A DNA stretch of 63,985 nt, counting the filler, from Barthelona sp. PAP020 (Eukaryota), in NCBI GenBank assembly GCA_040182905.1. It is 16 parts of 16 records of this genome, joined end to end, with 100 filler letters (N's around TTAATTAATTAA, not from the genome) between each part and the next. Parts side by side here need not be neighbours in the genome. Positions count along the whole stretch, not along the records: positions 32,913 to 36,874 come from JARQWU010000705.1; positions 36,975 to 40,933 come from JARQWU010000706.1; positions 41,034 to 44,973 come from JARQWU010000707.1; positions 45,074 to 49,077 come from JARQWU010000708.1; 12 more parts are not named here. The stretch is one strand, 5' to 3'. Of this stretch, positions 33,811-45,111 are shown piece after piece. The position numbers and the translations under genes were made by a program. The notes beneath the pieces were generated by a model. It was not told the DNA's origin and did not search any database. It was given only the letters and a program-made list of their open reading frames with translations. Numbering within the stretch: the first letter of the stretch is position 1; each line of letters opens with the position of its first letter.

Positions 33811-34992
33811 ATGGGAGTTATTCTATTAACCACTATTTTTATCACCATATGTACAATAATTTTTTTATGTGTTTTACAAAATAATAGAAGAAAAAAATGC
33901 AATTTATCAAATCTTGAATTACCACCTCTACCAGAACACGGGACATTAGTAATTGCAAATATGGAATATTTTAATCAAATTCCTGTGGAAAATATTGATT
34001 ATTTAGAACAAAATCTAAAGAGAATCTTTGCAATCAGTTGTAAACAAAATAATGGATACCATTTGCAACAATCTTGTGACCATTTGTTTGCATTTTTATT
34101 TTTAGAAGCTGTAGATGCCTTAGATTTTACCATTCATTGTCAAACATCTTTGAAATCTTTTCCTTGGAGACCAATCTTACACACTAGCAATGAAAAAAAG
34201 ATATTTCGCACAACAACACCATATTTAGGCCCCAGAATTAGCTTTGGAATACATACGGGAAAATTACAAGGATATGTAAACAAAAGAATGAATTGCTATT
34301 GCGTCATTGGATCGAATCTTTCATGTACAGCTCAATTAGCATTAGCGTTGAAAGGAGGATTGATAGTATTGACGGAACAAGCCTATAACATGATTTTGTG
34401 CTCTCCAAAGGTTGAAAGATTTAGAGAGTTGCCTGTATTGGATGTTGGTGAAGGATATATTGAAACTGAATCAGGGGACAGGAAAACTTTTCATTTTTTT
34501 ATGGTTGCATCAAGAGGTGGCAGAATGCTGGTTCCTCCCATTAACCATTCAAGAAGGAATTTGCAGTCAGAAAACAAGAGCAAAAAAAAATTTTGGATGA
34601 AGAAAATTACTTCAATTGATCAATTTACAAAACCTAGATCATTGAGATTTTACCCCAGGCAAAAATCTTTGAACATGATCAGAGAAATACCAAAATTAAG
34701 TGGTTCCGTGTATCCCTATGTGCATCGTGCTGGATTAAAGGTCACAAAAGCCCCTCATGTAAAAGCTCCAATCAAACATGCAGACCCAGAAAATCTCCCG
34801 AAATCTCTCAGCGCACTTTGTCTGCGGAATGCTTCTTTTAAAAATGATTCTTGGTTTACTTCCGAAACTAGAGCATCTTTTGTCACTCAAAATTCTATTT
34901 CGGATATGGGATTTCCACTGGGTATGGCCAATCCTTTTAAAAAGGAAAAAAGCCTCCAGGAGCTTTTTTGCTTTCTGGAATATTCAGTTTGA
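33811..34992 (+). CDS. Membrane-anchored class III nucleotide cyclase-like protein (degenerate)
   Basis: N-terminal TM, then F.EAVDAL.F...Q..L...W and GPRISFGIHTG. The metal-binding Asp and the N..AR positions appear altered. Confidence 0.65.
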   Translation: MGVILLTTIFITICTIIFLCVLQNNRRKKCNLSNLELPPLPEHGTLVIANMEYFNQIPVENIDYLEQNLKRIFAISCKQNNGYHLQQSCDHLFAFLFLEAVDALDFTIHCQTSLKSFPWRPILHTSNEKKIFRTTTPYLGPRISFGIHTGKLQGYVNKRMNCYCVIGSNLSCTAQLALALKGGLIVLTEQAYNMILCSPKVERFRELPVLDVGEGYIETESGDRKTFHFFMVASRGGRMLVPPINHSRRNLQSENKSKKKFWMKKITSIDQFTKPRSLRFYPRQKSLNMIREIPKLSGSVYPYVHRAGLKVTKAPHVKAPIKHADPENLPKSLSALCLRNASFKNDSWFTSETRASFVTQNSISDMGFPLGMANPFKKEKSLQELFCFLEYSV

Positions 34993-35531
34993 ACTTTTAT
35001 TTGTTCACAATGTCCACAATAAACTTGATATTTCCAACTGAAAATTTGACTTTGAAAGTGTTGAAGCTGGTATTTATACTCAATGTTATTTTCAAGCCTA
35101 AATATAGTGTATTCCTTTGATAAACAAATAAACTGAACAAAAACAGTTTTTATTTCTGATTCAAAATAAAAGAGATGACTTTTTTTCTTTAAAGTTAAAA
35201 TAAAATGAAAACAGACAAAAAAAAGAAACAATCAGTGTCAAAGAGTGTTTAGACATCCAAAAAATTTCGCTTGATGAAAAAAAACAAATAGTCTTTGTCA
35301 ATCATTTGAAAACAGAATATTCATCATGAGAGCACTTTTAATTGAAAAAAACAAACTTTTAAAAAGATGGAAATCAAAAAAAAAAGTAACTTCAAATCAA
35401 GTGGGAATGAAATTCCCCTATCATTTCTCCTTTTTTTTTTCTTCGAAACCATGAAAAGACACAAATCTTTCAAAACCGATGGAGATTTAAACTGTAATTC
35501 CTGTAGTCATTTTTTTTCGTATATTATTCGA

Positions 35532-36176
35532 ATGTTTTTTCCCCCTTTTAGCAGAGGTTTTCTTACACATTTAATTATCTATGCTGCAATTAATACAATA
35601 GCTATATTTTTTTACATGTTATACAATCCTGACCTGCCGTGGTTCATTTTTATGACTTTACCCTGGCTTGCTGGATTATTATGTCAAAGAGTATCAGGTT
35701 TAGATGGAATTACTGTTGGACAATCTTTATTTCTTTGTCATTTATTTTCATTTCTTTGCATTAATGCCATGTTAGTTGTTCTCAATTTTTACACAATGAG
35801 TGATTTTCACACTCATCCTTGGTGTTTATATCCATTGTTTGGTTGGAACATATTTTTATCTTGCCATTATATTGGCTACACACAGGCATTACGTGTCGGT
35901 TTTAAATGTCATTTTGCTACTTACATTAATGTAAATTGTATTTTGTATACAGCCTATACTGGAGCTAATTCAACAATACCTTGGTTTTGGATTCCTTTTA
36001 TCCTTACCACAATGGCTGTTTTAATTCATTATGTTTATAGGGGTGATTCTTCACCTTATCCAATTCCTTCTTCTCCTTATAGTGTTGCTGTTCCTGATGA
36101 TCATGCTATGCATGCAATTCCTGATTTGGACCTTACAAATAGTATAATGTATCCGAATCCTGAAGAAAAAACTTAA
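35532..36176 (+). CDS. Membrane protein with three 2TM-like repeats
   Basis: Repeated F..H...Y/F..IN...PW motifs. Confidence 0.7.
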   Translation: MFFPPFSRGFLTHLIIYAAINTIAIFFYMLYNPDLPWFIFMTLPWLAGLLCQRVSGLDGITVGQSLFLCHLFSFLCINAMLVVLNFYTMSDFHTHPWCLYPLFGWNIFLSCHYIGYTQALRVGFKCHFATYINVNCILYTAYTGANSTIPWFWIPFILTTMAVLIHYVYRGDSSPYPIPSSPYSVAVPDDHAMHAIPDLDLTNSIMYPNPEEKT

Positions 36177-36256
36177 ATCAAGAAAAAAAAAGTTTGCCTG
36201 CATCATTTTTTTAATAAATAATTTTTTTTTTATTGAACCTTTTTACAGTTTATTAA

Positions 36257-36613
36257 ATGTCAAAAAGAGACAATTCAAACGAAGAAGAAACAATTATAGA
36301 AAATAATCAACCTTTGGTTCACACTTCAGAAGAAATTGTGAATCCTTCAACCTCAAGTTATCAAAACACTTTAGAAACATATTTTGTTCAACTTCAACAA
36401 TGTCATGAAGGATTTTTACAAAAATTATCAGATTTGATATCAAGTTTCAATCAAAAATTGACAAACAATGTAACAATTCAACAACAACAATTGGCTGAAA
36501 GAGTTCATCAATTAACTACTTTGGAACAGAATAATAATCAATATGCTTCTGAACTACAACAAATGCAAAATGGTCTTTCCAATTTCCAAAATGCACTAAT
36601 GAGCACTAATTAA
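36257..36613 (+). CDS. Small coiled-coil protein
   Basis: 118-aa Q/N-rich ORF with heptad pattern. Confidence 0.6.
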   Translation: MSKRDNSNEEETIIENNQPLVHTSEEIVNPSTSSYQNTLETYFVQLQQCHEGFLQKLSDLISSFNQKLTNNVTIQQQQLAERVHQLTTLEQNNNQYASELQQMQNGLSNFQNALMSTN

Positions 36614-36975
36614 ATGAATAAAATTGCAATATGCTATAATTTTTGTTAAAACAAAATCAAACGAGTTATTTGTGATGGGTTATTTCAGTCTTTCAATTCA
36701 AATTATCGATCATATACAATCGCTTGTTGTATGTAACTTCCTTCTTGCCAAATAAAAAATTGTACAGTTATTTATAAGCTGATTAAATCAATTGGTCAAT
36801 TCTTAGTGTTTCTCTGCTTGTTGATTTTACGAACATTGATTGTTTGTTGATGTTGTTTTCTTGCATTGAAAAAANNNNNNNNNNNNNNNNNNNNNNNNNN
36901 NNNNNNNNNNNNNNNNNNTTAATTAATTAANNNNNNNNNNNNNNNNNNNNNNNNNNNNNNNNNNNNNNNNNNNNA

Positions 36976-37091
36976 GGTCCAATTTTTAAAGTTGCTTGGG
37001 CATCTGATTCCACGTGAGTTTTCCCCAAACCTTAAGCTAACTCGTTTCGTTGTTCACTGAACAACTCATACCTCATAAATATCTAATAAAA
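36976..37091 (+). repeat. Dispersed repeat A, copy 2 (contig start)
   Basis: Near-identical to 8347-8462. Confidence 0.92.
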
Positions 37092-37287
37092 GCAATTCCT
37101 CTGGTTAAAAATATTTTGAAAAAGAAAAGGAGGTTTTTTATTGAAGTTGATGAAGTTTAAAAAATTGGAAATTTAATGGTTGTAAAAGATATTTTATCGA
37201 AATAATAGATATTCAATGTTAGATTTTTAAATACAATTGCAAAATACTTAAAAAAAAATTATTATTTTCACTCATACTCATTGTTTA

Positions 37288-40200
37288 ATGGGATCATGCT
37301 TCTCTTCTTTGTTTAAAAACTCATCGAGAACGATAGTAGACGATGTTGAAATGGTTAATATTGATTCTATCGCTTCATCAGATAATTTTAATGATCCAAA
37401 ATATGAATTTGAATCCAACAGTATAAGTTGTTTAGAATCACTATTAAGTGTTGAATTTGATTCGTTTGAAAAGCTATTAATTCCCTATTTTGTTGAATTG
37501 ATTCATTATAAGAAAGGTGAACATTTATTTCATGAAAATGACAATTTAGATGATTTTTTCATATTAATAGATGGTTGTGCTTTTATTAAGAAGATTGTAC
37601 AGGGTGAAATTATTACGATAGCTGAAATAAGTGGTAAAACTATCGTTGGTTTAAAAAGTGTTGTTGATAATATTTCTGTTAATTTTAGTCTTGAAACAGC
37701 AATGGAATGTAATATATTGAAGATTGATAAACAATGGTTTAAGACTCAAGTGAATAATTTGCCGATTGTAAATATTGGATTAAATGATAAGATTCAAGCA
37801 AAAAATGTATTTATTGCTGCTTTGGATTTATTTAAATGGCAATTAGATTATTTTGAACCATTTTCCATTGGTATTTTCAAAGGATATTTGGAGAATTTAT
37901 CCCCAAATACATTGTTAACTTTAGAAAACAGCAAATATAGATGGGGTAAATTTACAATTGATTTTTGCAATCAATTAAAGACAATTTTTGGTAGTTCTTT
38001 CATGTTATTTCAAATATATGGTTTAACTGATATTACTGAACATATTTTAGTTAAAAATGTTTTTCAAATTTTGGCACAATATGTTATTTTGGTGAATTGT
38101 ATTCTTCAAACTGATTTATCGTCAGACACTTTTGAAACTTTTACTGAAGATTTAATTTTTGAGAATGATCTTGATGAAATCAAAAGGACAATCGATTGTT
38201 TAGCAGATTCTATTGATTTTCCTCACATTTCCACAGTATTGTCCCACCTTAGCATTGTCGATGATAACGTGGATTCATTTCAACATCTATCTGTATCTGA
38301 AACAAGAAGAAGTAGCTTACAATCTTTTAAAAGAGCATCAGAATCAATTTCAGATATGAAATGTATCTCAAAATTAACCTCTATTACAATGGCCTTGAGT
38401 GATGAATTACAAAAGAGTTTATTTTTATCGTTCTTTGATTTTCCTTGCAGTATGATTGCTTTGAAATTTCATCTCATCAATTTGGAGAATATGGCTGAAC
38501 AAAAAAATTCCGAAATCACATATGATATAAGGGGAACTACAATGAAATCATGTCATAGCTTGTCTTTAGAACATTTGAATCCGCAAAAAATACCACATAA
38601 ATTACAACTCATATCAGTTGATAATTTATCAAGTAGCACATCAATAGATAATCTAAAGGAAGAAGGTCCAATTGATTTCGGTAAATTTCACATGTTTTTA
38701 AATGATGATGTTTTGTTGTACTTACGGTTGATTAAAGATTTACCTTCAGTAAGTTCTTGGAAGTTTTCTAATTTATATCTTTTGGATGGGTATTCATCTG
38801 CTATCATGGAAGAGGATGGATGTTTTTTGTTCAGTTCGGGATCTGCCATCTATGAAGGAACCCATTCTCTAAAGAACAAAAAGCAATCAAAAGGAAGTTT
38901 AAAAAACTTTGAAACCTTTGATAATTTTTTCTTAAAACATTCAAAAAAACAAAAAACAGCCAGTTCAAACTTCTCCAATATAGACACAGAATTTGCAACA
39001 GATCTACTGGATCATTCCTCCTTTGACGACTATTTGAATGACAAAGATATATTGAACAGCATAAAGTCCACTCATATTGATCTTTCAGATGTGTCTTCTG
39101 ATTTTGAAGTGTTAGATGATGATAATTTTGTTGTTTATCATCCTTCCATCAGTGATTTAAGCTCTTCGGATGAAGAAGACGCTATTTTATCTTCAACAAT
39201 TACTGTCGCTGAAGAAGATAAACAAAAAATAATTTCTGATATATCTATCAGTGCTGGTTTGTCTTCGGATCCTGAACAACATCCTTTTACTGTTGGTAAT
39301 TCCCCTGTTAATGCCCCTTTTACTTTGCAAAGCAATTTTTATTCAGAAAAATTGATTTTGAATGACAGTTTCTTTGAAGCTCAAAAGCATTCAAATAGTC
39401 CTCTTGCCAATTTACAATCTGCCAATTCTTTTTGTGATTATGGTGAGTTTACAGCCAATTTTAATGCTGTAGCACTTGAGAAAAACGTTCCTCAAGACCG
39501 ATTATTTGAACTGTTAATATTTCAAATTTTTGATATGTTGAATTTTTTTCAAAAGAAAGAGTGTGGCGGTGAATTGTCTCTCAATCCACTGAAATTGCGA
39601 CTTTTTATTTCCAAATTACGTGATACATATCAAACAAATCCTTATCATGGTTGGTCACATGCTGTTGATGTATTACAAGCTGTTTTTGTCTTTATTAGTT
39701 CTGTATCTACGAATCATTTGTTTCCAAAGACACATATTCTAGCGTTATTAATATCAGCACTAGGACATGATGCTGGACATCCTGGATTATCAAATGAATA
39801 TTGTGTTTATTTGATCCCTAAACTGAAAGAGTTATATCCAGATCAACCAATATTGGAAGCACAATCTGTTGATATTATTTTTAATGTGTTACAAGAGACA
39901 GAATTGATAAAAAATTTTAAATTTGAGATTCAATCTGAAATACGGTCTGTAATCAGAAAATTGGTCATGGCTACAGCTATGAGCAATCATTTTGAAATAA
40001 TGGAAAGAATTAAACCCAAATTGAAAGATTTATCGATATTTTCCGACACAATTTCTTTGTTTACGTTATTTATGAAGGCAGCAGACATATCTAATCCTGC
40101 TAGATCTTTGTTAGCGGCGACAAGATGGAGTTGGAGATTACAGAACGAACTATTTTTCATGTACAAACGTGCCAAAGAATTAGGAGGCAATATTGAAAGT

Positions 40201-40404
40201 TTAAAGGAAAGTTATGTTAATCAAGACTCTATTTCGATTGCTAAAGGACAAGTGAGTTTCATTAAACATCTTGTAAGACCTTTATTTGCCGATATCGTCA
40301 TTTGTGTACCATTATTGAATAATATATTATCTGATCTAACAGCCAATCAAACTTGTTTTTCAGATTTTTTTGATTGTGAAGCTGAAAGTAGTATAAAGAA
40401 ATGA
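37288..40404 (+). CDS. Class I cyclic nucleotide phosphodiesterase with N-terminal cNMP-binding domain
   Basis: MGSC acylation motif, YKKGEHLFHEND...FFILIDG (cNMP domain), then NPYHGWSHAVDV, HDAGHPG, KAADISNPAR, GQVSFI. Confidence 0.9.
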   Translation: MGSCFSSLFKNSSRTIVDDVEMVNIDSIASSDNFNDPKYEFESNSISCLESLLSVEFDSFEKLLIPYFVELIHYKKGEHLFHENDNLDDFFILIDGCAFIKKIVQGEIITIAEISGKTIVGLKSVVDNISVNFSLETAMECNILKIDKQWFKTQVNNLPIVNIGLNDKIQAKNVFIAALDLFKWQLDYFEPFSIGIFKGYLENLSPNTLLTLENSKYRWGKFTIDFCNQLKTIFGSSFMLFQIYGLTDITEHILVKNVFQILAQYVILVNCILQTDLSSDTFETFTEDLIFENDLDEIKRTIDCLADSIDFPHISTVLSHLSIVDDNVDSFQHLSVSETRRSSLQSFKRASESISDMKCISKLTSITMALSDELQKSLFLSFFDFPCSMIALKFHLINLENMAEQKNSEITYDIRGTTMKSCHSLSLEHLNPQKIPHKLQLISVDNLSSSTSIDNLKEEGPIDFGKFHMFLNDDVLLYLRLIKDLPSVSSWKFSNLYLLDGYSSAIMEEDGCFLFSSGSAIYEGTHSLKNKKQSKGSLKNFETFDNFFLKHSKKQKTASSNFSNIDTEFATDLLDHSSFDDYLNDKDILNSIKSTHIDLSDVSSDFEVLDDDNFVVYHPSISDLSSSDEEDAILSSTITVAEEDKQKIISDISISAGLSSDPEQHPFTVGNSPVNAPFTLQSNFYSEKLILNDSFFEAQKHSNSPLANLQSANSFCDYGEFTANFNAVALEKNVPQDRLFELLIFQIFDMLNFFQKKECGGELSLNPLKLRLFISKLRDTYQTNPYHGWSHAVDVLQAVFVFISSVSTNHLFPKTHILALLISALGHDAGHPGLSNEYCVYLIPKLKELYPDQPILEAQSVDIIFNVLQETELIKNFKFEIQSEIRSVIRKLVMATAMSNHFEIMERIKPKLKDLSIFSDTISLFTLFMKAADISNPARSLLAATRWSWRLQNELFFMYKRAKELGGNIESLKESYVNQDSISIAKGQVSFIKHLVRPLFADIVICVPLLNNILSDLTANQTCFSDFFDCEAESSIKK

Positions 40405-41214
40405 AAAATGTTTTTTTTTTCCTTTAATATTGTATTAACGTTTTGAAATGACTAGAGGGAAAATTGAGCCACAAAATACTGATTAAAAACTTGTTTTAAT
40501 AGGTAATCCATCCAAAATCCTACATGTCACATTTGATCGTTGTTTCATTGTCTCATATAATGTGGTTAGCTATTCATAAAATTTAAAAGGTTTGCATTGG
40601 TTGTTTGTTAGTTATCCCGTTTGTACAAAGCATCATTTTCAACTTTTGCATCATCAAAAATTTTTCATTTTTCTTCACAATTGTGATATCCTTTTGAGGT
40701 CAAATGACTTTCAATCTTTAGGATATTTATTCGTTCTATGAAAATCCCCAATGGTATCAAAATTCAAACGAAAATTGATTTCCCTTTGATCCAAATTGCA
40801 ATTCCAATTATTATGCCCCAATCTACAAACAAACAATAAAATATCTGTTAATTCTTTACAACGATTCTGTATTGATGAATGATTCCGTGTTCATTAGAGG
40901 TTTTCCCCTCATTTGATCAACATTCATCGTATTNNNNNNNNNNNNNNNNNNNNNNNNNNNNNNNNNNNNNNNNNNNNTTAATTAATTAANNNNNNNNNNN
41001 NNNNNNNNNNNNNNNNNNNNNNNNNNNNNNNNNTGAATTTCATTAGCAGAATAAAAATTTCCCCTAGTAGCACTGAATTTGTTTCAAATGAAACAATTGA
41101 AGATGTCCAATTAGTGTTGCTTCATTCTCTTTCAAATCTCATTATTGCCAATCAACAAGCATAACATAAAACAAAAAATTGGTTTCTTTTTAATTGAATA
41201 AGAAAGAAAAGGAT

Positions 41215-44200
41215 TTATAAACTCATCAATTTACTTTTAATGGTGAATGCATCAAAAGGCTTCAATATTACATCATCTAAATTTCCAACTGAGGGATCTT
41301 CAATAACTTTTTGAGCATAACTTGTGGCTGTACCCAAAACTCTTACAACCTTGTCATAATAATGCAAACAATTTTCTTTGATGGTATCAATCAATACTCT
41401 GAGAGTGAAAGGTTGCACAACGCTAACTGAAATAATAATAACATCAGGTGGTTTCCAATCATGTTTGTCCCAAGTGAAATATGCTGCTAATTGCTGCAAA
41501 TTAGTGGTAATATTGAAATCGTTAATGTCCAAGGCATTTAAAATTGCAGCAAATGCTCTTCCTGTGCTTTCATTTGGTTCACAAATTAATACTCTTTCAA
41601 CGTTACGTACAGATGAACTAACGAAATTAATATTTTTCATGTTTGCTAACGTATAAGTTTCTTTGGTTTTTTCAGTAAACCTTAAACTCCAAGCTTTATG
41701 AACTGAAGATCCACTGAATTGAACATCTTTCTCGTTAAATAAAGCCAACAATGAGGAAAGACGTGATTTATTAGCAAATTTAAACAAAGTGTGAAAACTT
41801 AAATCAAGACTAGCATCTATATCTTCTGATACTAAACCAGGTATTTTTTTTCCAAAAACAGGAACTTGATAGCATATAGTAATCACAACAATCTTATCTA
41901 AAGGAGTATTATTGGCACATATTGTCATAAAAATGCAATCCATTGTATTTTGTTTTTGTTTTTGATTTTGCTCTTGTTTTTGATTTTGCTCCTGTTTTTG
42001 ATCTTTTTTTTTTTTTGAAAATGTTTCCTTCATAAATAAAGAAAGTTCTTCAAGAATATAAAAGAACAAAGAAACATCCATATTTAATTGTAATTGAGTG
42101 ATCATATTAATCAATTCTGGTTGACCAAAAACCTCACTCAATCGGACAAATTTAGTTTTACGAAAATGAGTTCTCAAGCAACATTCATTGAATAAACTAG
42201 AATGCAAATGAATATTATCCAAAGGAATACTCAAATATTTAAACCAAACCAAATTATTAAATAAAGCTTCTGAATAGGTATGGACATTATTGTCAGTATG
42301 CAATTTAAAAGCTTTAAAAGGTTCCAAACAAGTCATTGAAAATAGGGTATCAATATTATGTTTCCCAATCTCATGCAATCTAATAAAACCGTTCAATAAA
42401 CAACAAAATAAATGTATTAATTCTCTAGTATCAGGTTTTAGATATTCTTTAAAATCTACAAAGTCTTCAGCAACAAATAAAGCCATTACATCATATAATT
42501 TGGTTCGAGCATTCATTTTGCTGATTGTATATAATTTATCAATCAAATAATATAAATCGTGCAATTCATCATTGCCTAATTCTTTTAAGAATTCGTTTGT
42601 ATTGATAAAAAGATCAAAATCAGTCATCAATTCAGCTAAAGAATTAATTTGTAACTTTTGTAAAAATTCTCCATCTATTTGATATGCAGCAATTAAAATA
42701 GCTGGTAATATCATAGTGATCTTTCGAAATTCCATCATGTAAAGAAAGAAAAGATCTTTTAGATACGCTTCGCTAGTATTGTGTGAACCATTTGCTAGAT
42801 AGCATAGATCATGTTCGGATTGTATTATTAACCCTTTTAATGATGATAGATTGATAAAAGTCAAACATCCATATAATTGTGCTTGATCTAAAGCACTTTC
42901 TGATTGATTTAAAACCATTGAAGAAAAAACTTGTCGATTGAATAAAGACTTCGATTTCAAAGGTTTAATCAATTCATCTTCATTTGGATGTTGATGCTTT
43001 AATAGATGATCTTTCAATCCAGCAAAAGGATCTCCATTCTTATACTCCAATTTTACATTTTCTAACTCTTGACGATATTTACAAATCAATACTCGATAGA
43101 TATGACACCCATCATCATTAGCAAATGATGAATATGATGAAAAATTCGTAGAAACTAATGTGTGCGATAGTATGGTTTGTGAAGAATTAAACTCAGATAA
43201 AATGGTGTAAAACTCTTCATATTGATTTAATACGTCACTAACAAATAACTCTTTGTTATTATTGTTTGTTTGAATATCTTTAAATGTCCCTATATCATTC
43301 ATAACATCATTATACAACATAATCCTTTTACTATTATCAAAGAATACAATCCCATCCTTTAAATTCCGAATAACGAAAAATGGGATGTTCTGACTAAAGG
43401 CTATCTCTCGTGTAAGAACTGTAGAATGTCCTAAACATAACAAAAGCAAAGCAACTAACAATAAAGCAAACATCGAAAGCACAATGACTGTAATTGACTG
43501 TTGTATATTAACCAAACTTAATGGTAATGTTTCAGCAAAAGTATTCAATTCACTAGCATGCAATTGTAAATATTCTTGAAAATTCTGGATGGTAAAACGT
43601 TCAGAATTATTGACGAATAAAGCAAGATCAAAGTATGGTGTGGCCACAGCAAAAACAACAGGAATTACATGCTTTTTCAGTTTCAAATATTCAAAAACTT
43701 CATATGTATAAACTATTCCATAATCAACATTATTCGTAACAAGTTGATTGATCACTTCAGTAGAGGTGTTGAAATAAAAAATTTCTACATCATAATGAAT
43801 CATTGCAATTAAATCACTAAACCTGTAATTGGTACCACTATACCCTCCATCACCAAATATCCCCAACTTTTTTTTTTGCAAAACACTCACATCATTGGTA
43901 ACTTCAAAAGTTTCTGCTTTATCAAAACCAATCAATTCTGTGTTAAAATGAAAAGGTTGAATGGATGTAATATTTTCATGTCCTAAACAATCTTGTAAAT
44001 TACCCAAAATGAAATCAAACCCATCATCAAAATATTTATAAAAATCAGTGTCACAATACGATATCAAAGGGGCGATATAACATTCTTCAATAAATTCAGG
44101 TTCATCAATTACTTCTTTTATCATTTCAACAACAAAGGTTGATAAAGTTCCATTCAATTTATTACACTCAATCAAATATACATTTTCATTTGGATATAAA

Positions 44201-44334
44201 AGATAACCATCATCTTTATCAAAATCAATATACGGTGGAAAATGAGGTAAAAGAATATTTAAACAAAATATTCCTTTCATCGTCAGAAAAATTGTTATAT
44301 AAATAATTAAGTATCTCTTTTCACAACTAAACAT
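41215..44334 (-). CDS. Membrane sensor-like protein: extracellular domain, TM, PAS-like domain, C-terminal pseudo-receiver
   Basis: TM at about aa 280-303, IRNLKDGIVFFD...IMLYN (PAS-like), RVLICEPN...PDVIIIS...DDVILKPF (receiver domain). Confidence 0.65.
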   Translation of the reverse strand: MFSCEKRYLIIYITIFLTMKGIFCLNILLPHFPPYIDFDKDDGYLLYPNENVYLIECNKLNGTLSTFVVEMIKEVIDEPEFIEECYIAPLISYCDTDFYKYFDDGFDFILGNLQDCLGHENITSIQPFHFNTELIGFDKAETFEVTNDVSVLQKKKLGIFGDGGYSGTNYRFSDLIAMIHYDVEIFYFNTSTEVINQLVTNNVDYGIVYTYEVFEYLKLKKHVIPVVFAVATPYFDLALFVNNSERFTIQNFQEYLQLHASELNTFAETLPLSLVNIQQSITVIVLSMFALLLVALLLLCLGHSTVLTREIAFSQNIPFFVIRNLKDGIVFFDNSKRIMLYNDVMNDIGTFKDIQTNNNNKELFVSDVLNQYEEFYTILSEFNSSQTILSHTLVSTNFSSYSSFANDDGCHIYRVLICKYRQELENVKLEYKNGDPFAGLKDHLLKHQHPNEDELIKPLKSKSLFNRQVFSSMVLNQSESALDQAQLYGCLTFINLSSLKGLIIQSEHDLCYLANGSHNTSEAYLKDLFFLYMMEFRKITMILPAILIAAYQIDGEFLQKLQINSLAELMTDFDLFINTNEFLKELGNDELHDLYYLIDKLYTISKMNARTKLYDVMALFVAEDFVDFKEYLKPDTRELIHLFCCLLNGFIRLHEIGKHNIDTLFSMTCLEPFKAFKLHTDNNVHTYSEALFNNLVWFKYLSIPLDNIHLHSSLFNECCLRTHFRKTKFVRLSEVFGQPELINMITQLQLNMDVSLFFYILEELSLFMKETFSKKKKDQKQEQNQKQEQNQKQKQNTMDCIFMTICANNTPLDKIVVITICYQVPVFGKKIPGLVSEDIDASLDLSFHTLFKFANKSRLSSLLALFNEKDVQFSGSSVHKAWSLRFTEKTKETYTLANMKNINFVSSSVRNVERVLICEPNESTGRAFAAILNALDINDFNITTNLQQLAAYFTWDKHDWKPPDVIIISVSVVQPFTLRVLIDTIKENCLHYYDKVVRVLGTATSYAQKVIEDPSVGNLDDVILKPFDAFTIKSKLMSL

Positions 44335-44763
44335 TGTAAAACTTCATTTTCACATCCAGAAAAAAAAAAATTGGAATTGTTACTTCAATTTGTTTTTTCT
44401 GCAATAAACTAAATGTCTTTTATCAATTAAAATATAAGGATATTAATTCTTCAATCAAAGATATTAAAAAGCAAATTAAAGCTAGATTTATAAAGGAGTA
44501 AAAGATAACTTTTCGGTTGATTCTTTAATACAAACCTAAAATATTCACCTCAAAAGTAAATTAAAAACACCAAATTGATGCTTTCCCAAATTATTTTTTT
44601 ATTACTGTGATAGAATATTATTAGGATATAAATAAATACATATTTCAAAAATTATGCATACATTTTTGATCAAAGTTTTCTTTCTAATGAAAACGGAGAA
44701 TTCTAAAAAGAATAGTGTTTTTTAATTCATTCTTTCTTCCCATTCAATTGATTTTGAGTGAAA

Positions 44764-44973
44764 ATGTCCACTACAATTAATCCGTTACAAGTTTTCGCTG
44801 AGGATTTGTTCGATCAAAACCTCAGAGTACGTTTAGATGCCATGGGAAAACTTTCTACTGTTTCTTTGGCTTTGGGTGCATCTGATACTCGAAGCAAGCT
44901 GTTACCATATTTACAAGAACGAATAATATGTTTTTCTGATGATCTTTTATACATTTTAGCTGATCAGTTAGTT
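44764..44973 (+). CDS. PPP2R1A: PP2A scaffold subunit A N-terminus (partial)
   Basis: RLDAMGKLSTVSLALGASDTRSKLLPYL. Confidence 0.85.
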
Positions 44974-45111
44974 NNNNNNNNNNNNNNNNNNNNNNNNNNN
45001 NNNNNNNNNNNNNNNNNTTAATTAATTAANNNNNNNNNNNNNNNNNNNNNNNNNNNNNNNNNNNNNNNNNNNNAATGCTAAAAAGTTATGTGCCATATTA
45101 AATGAGAAACA

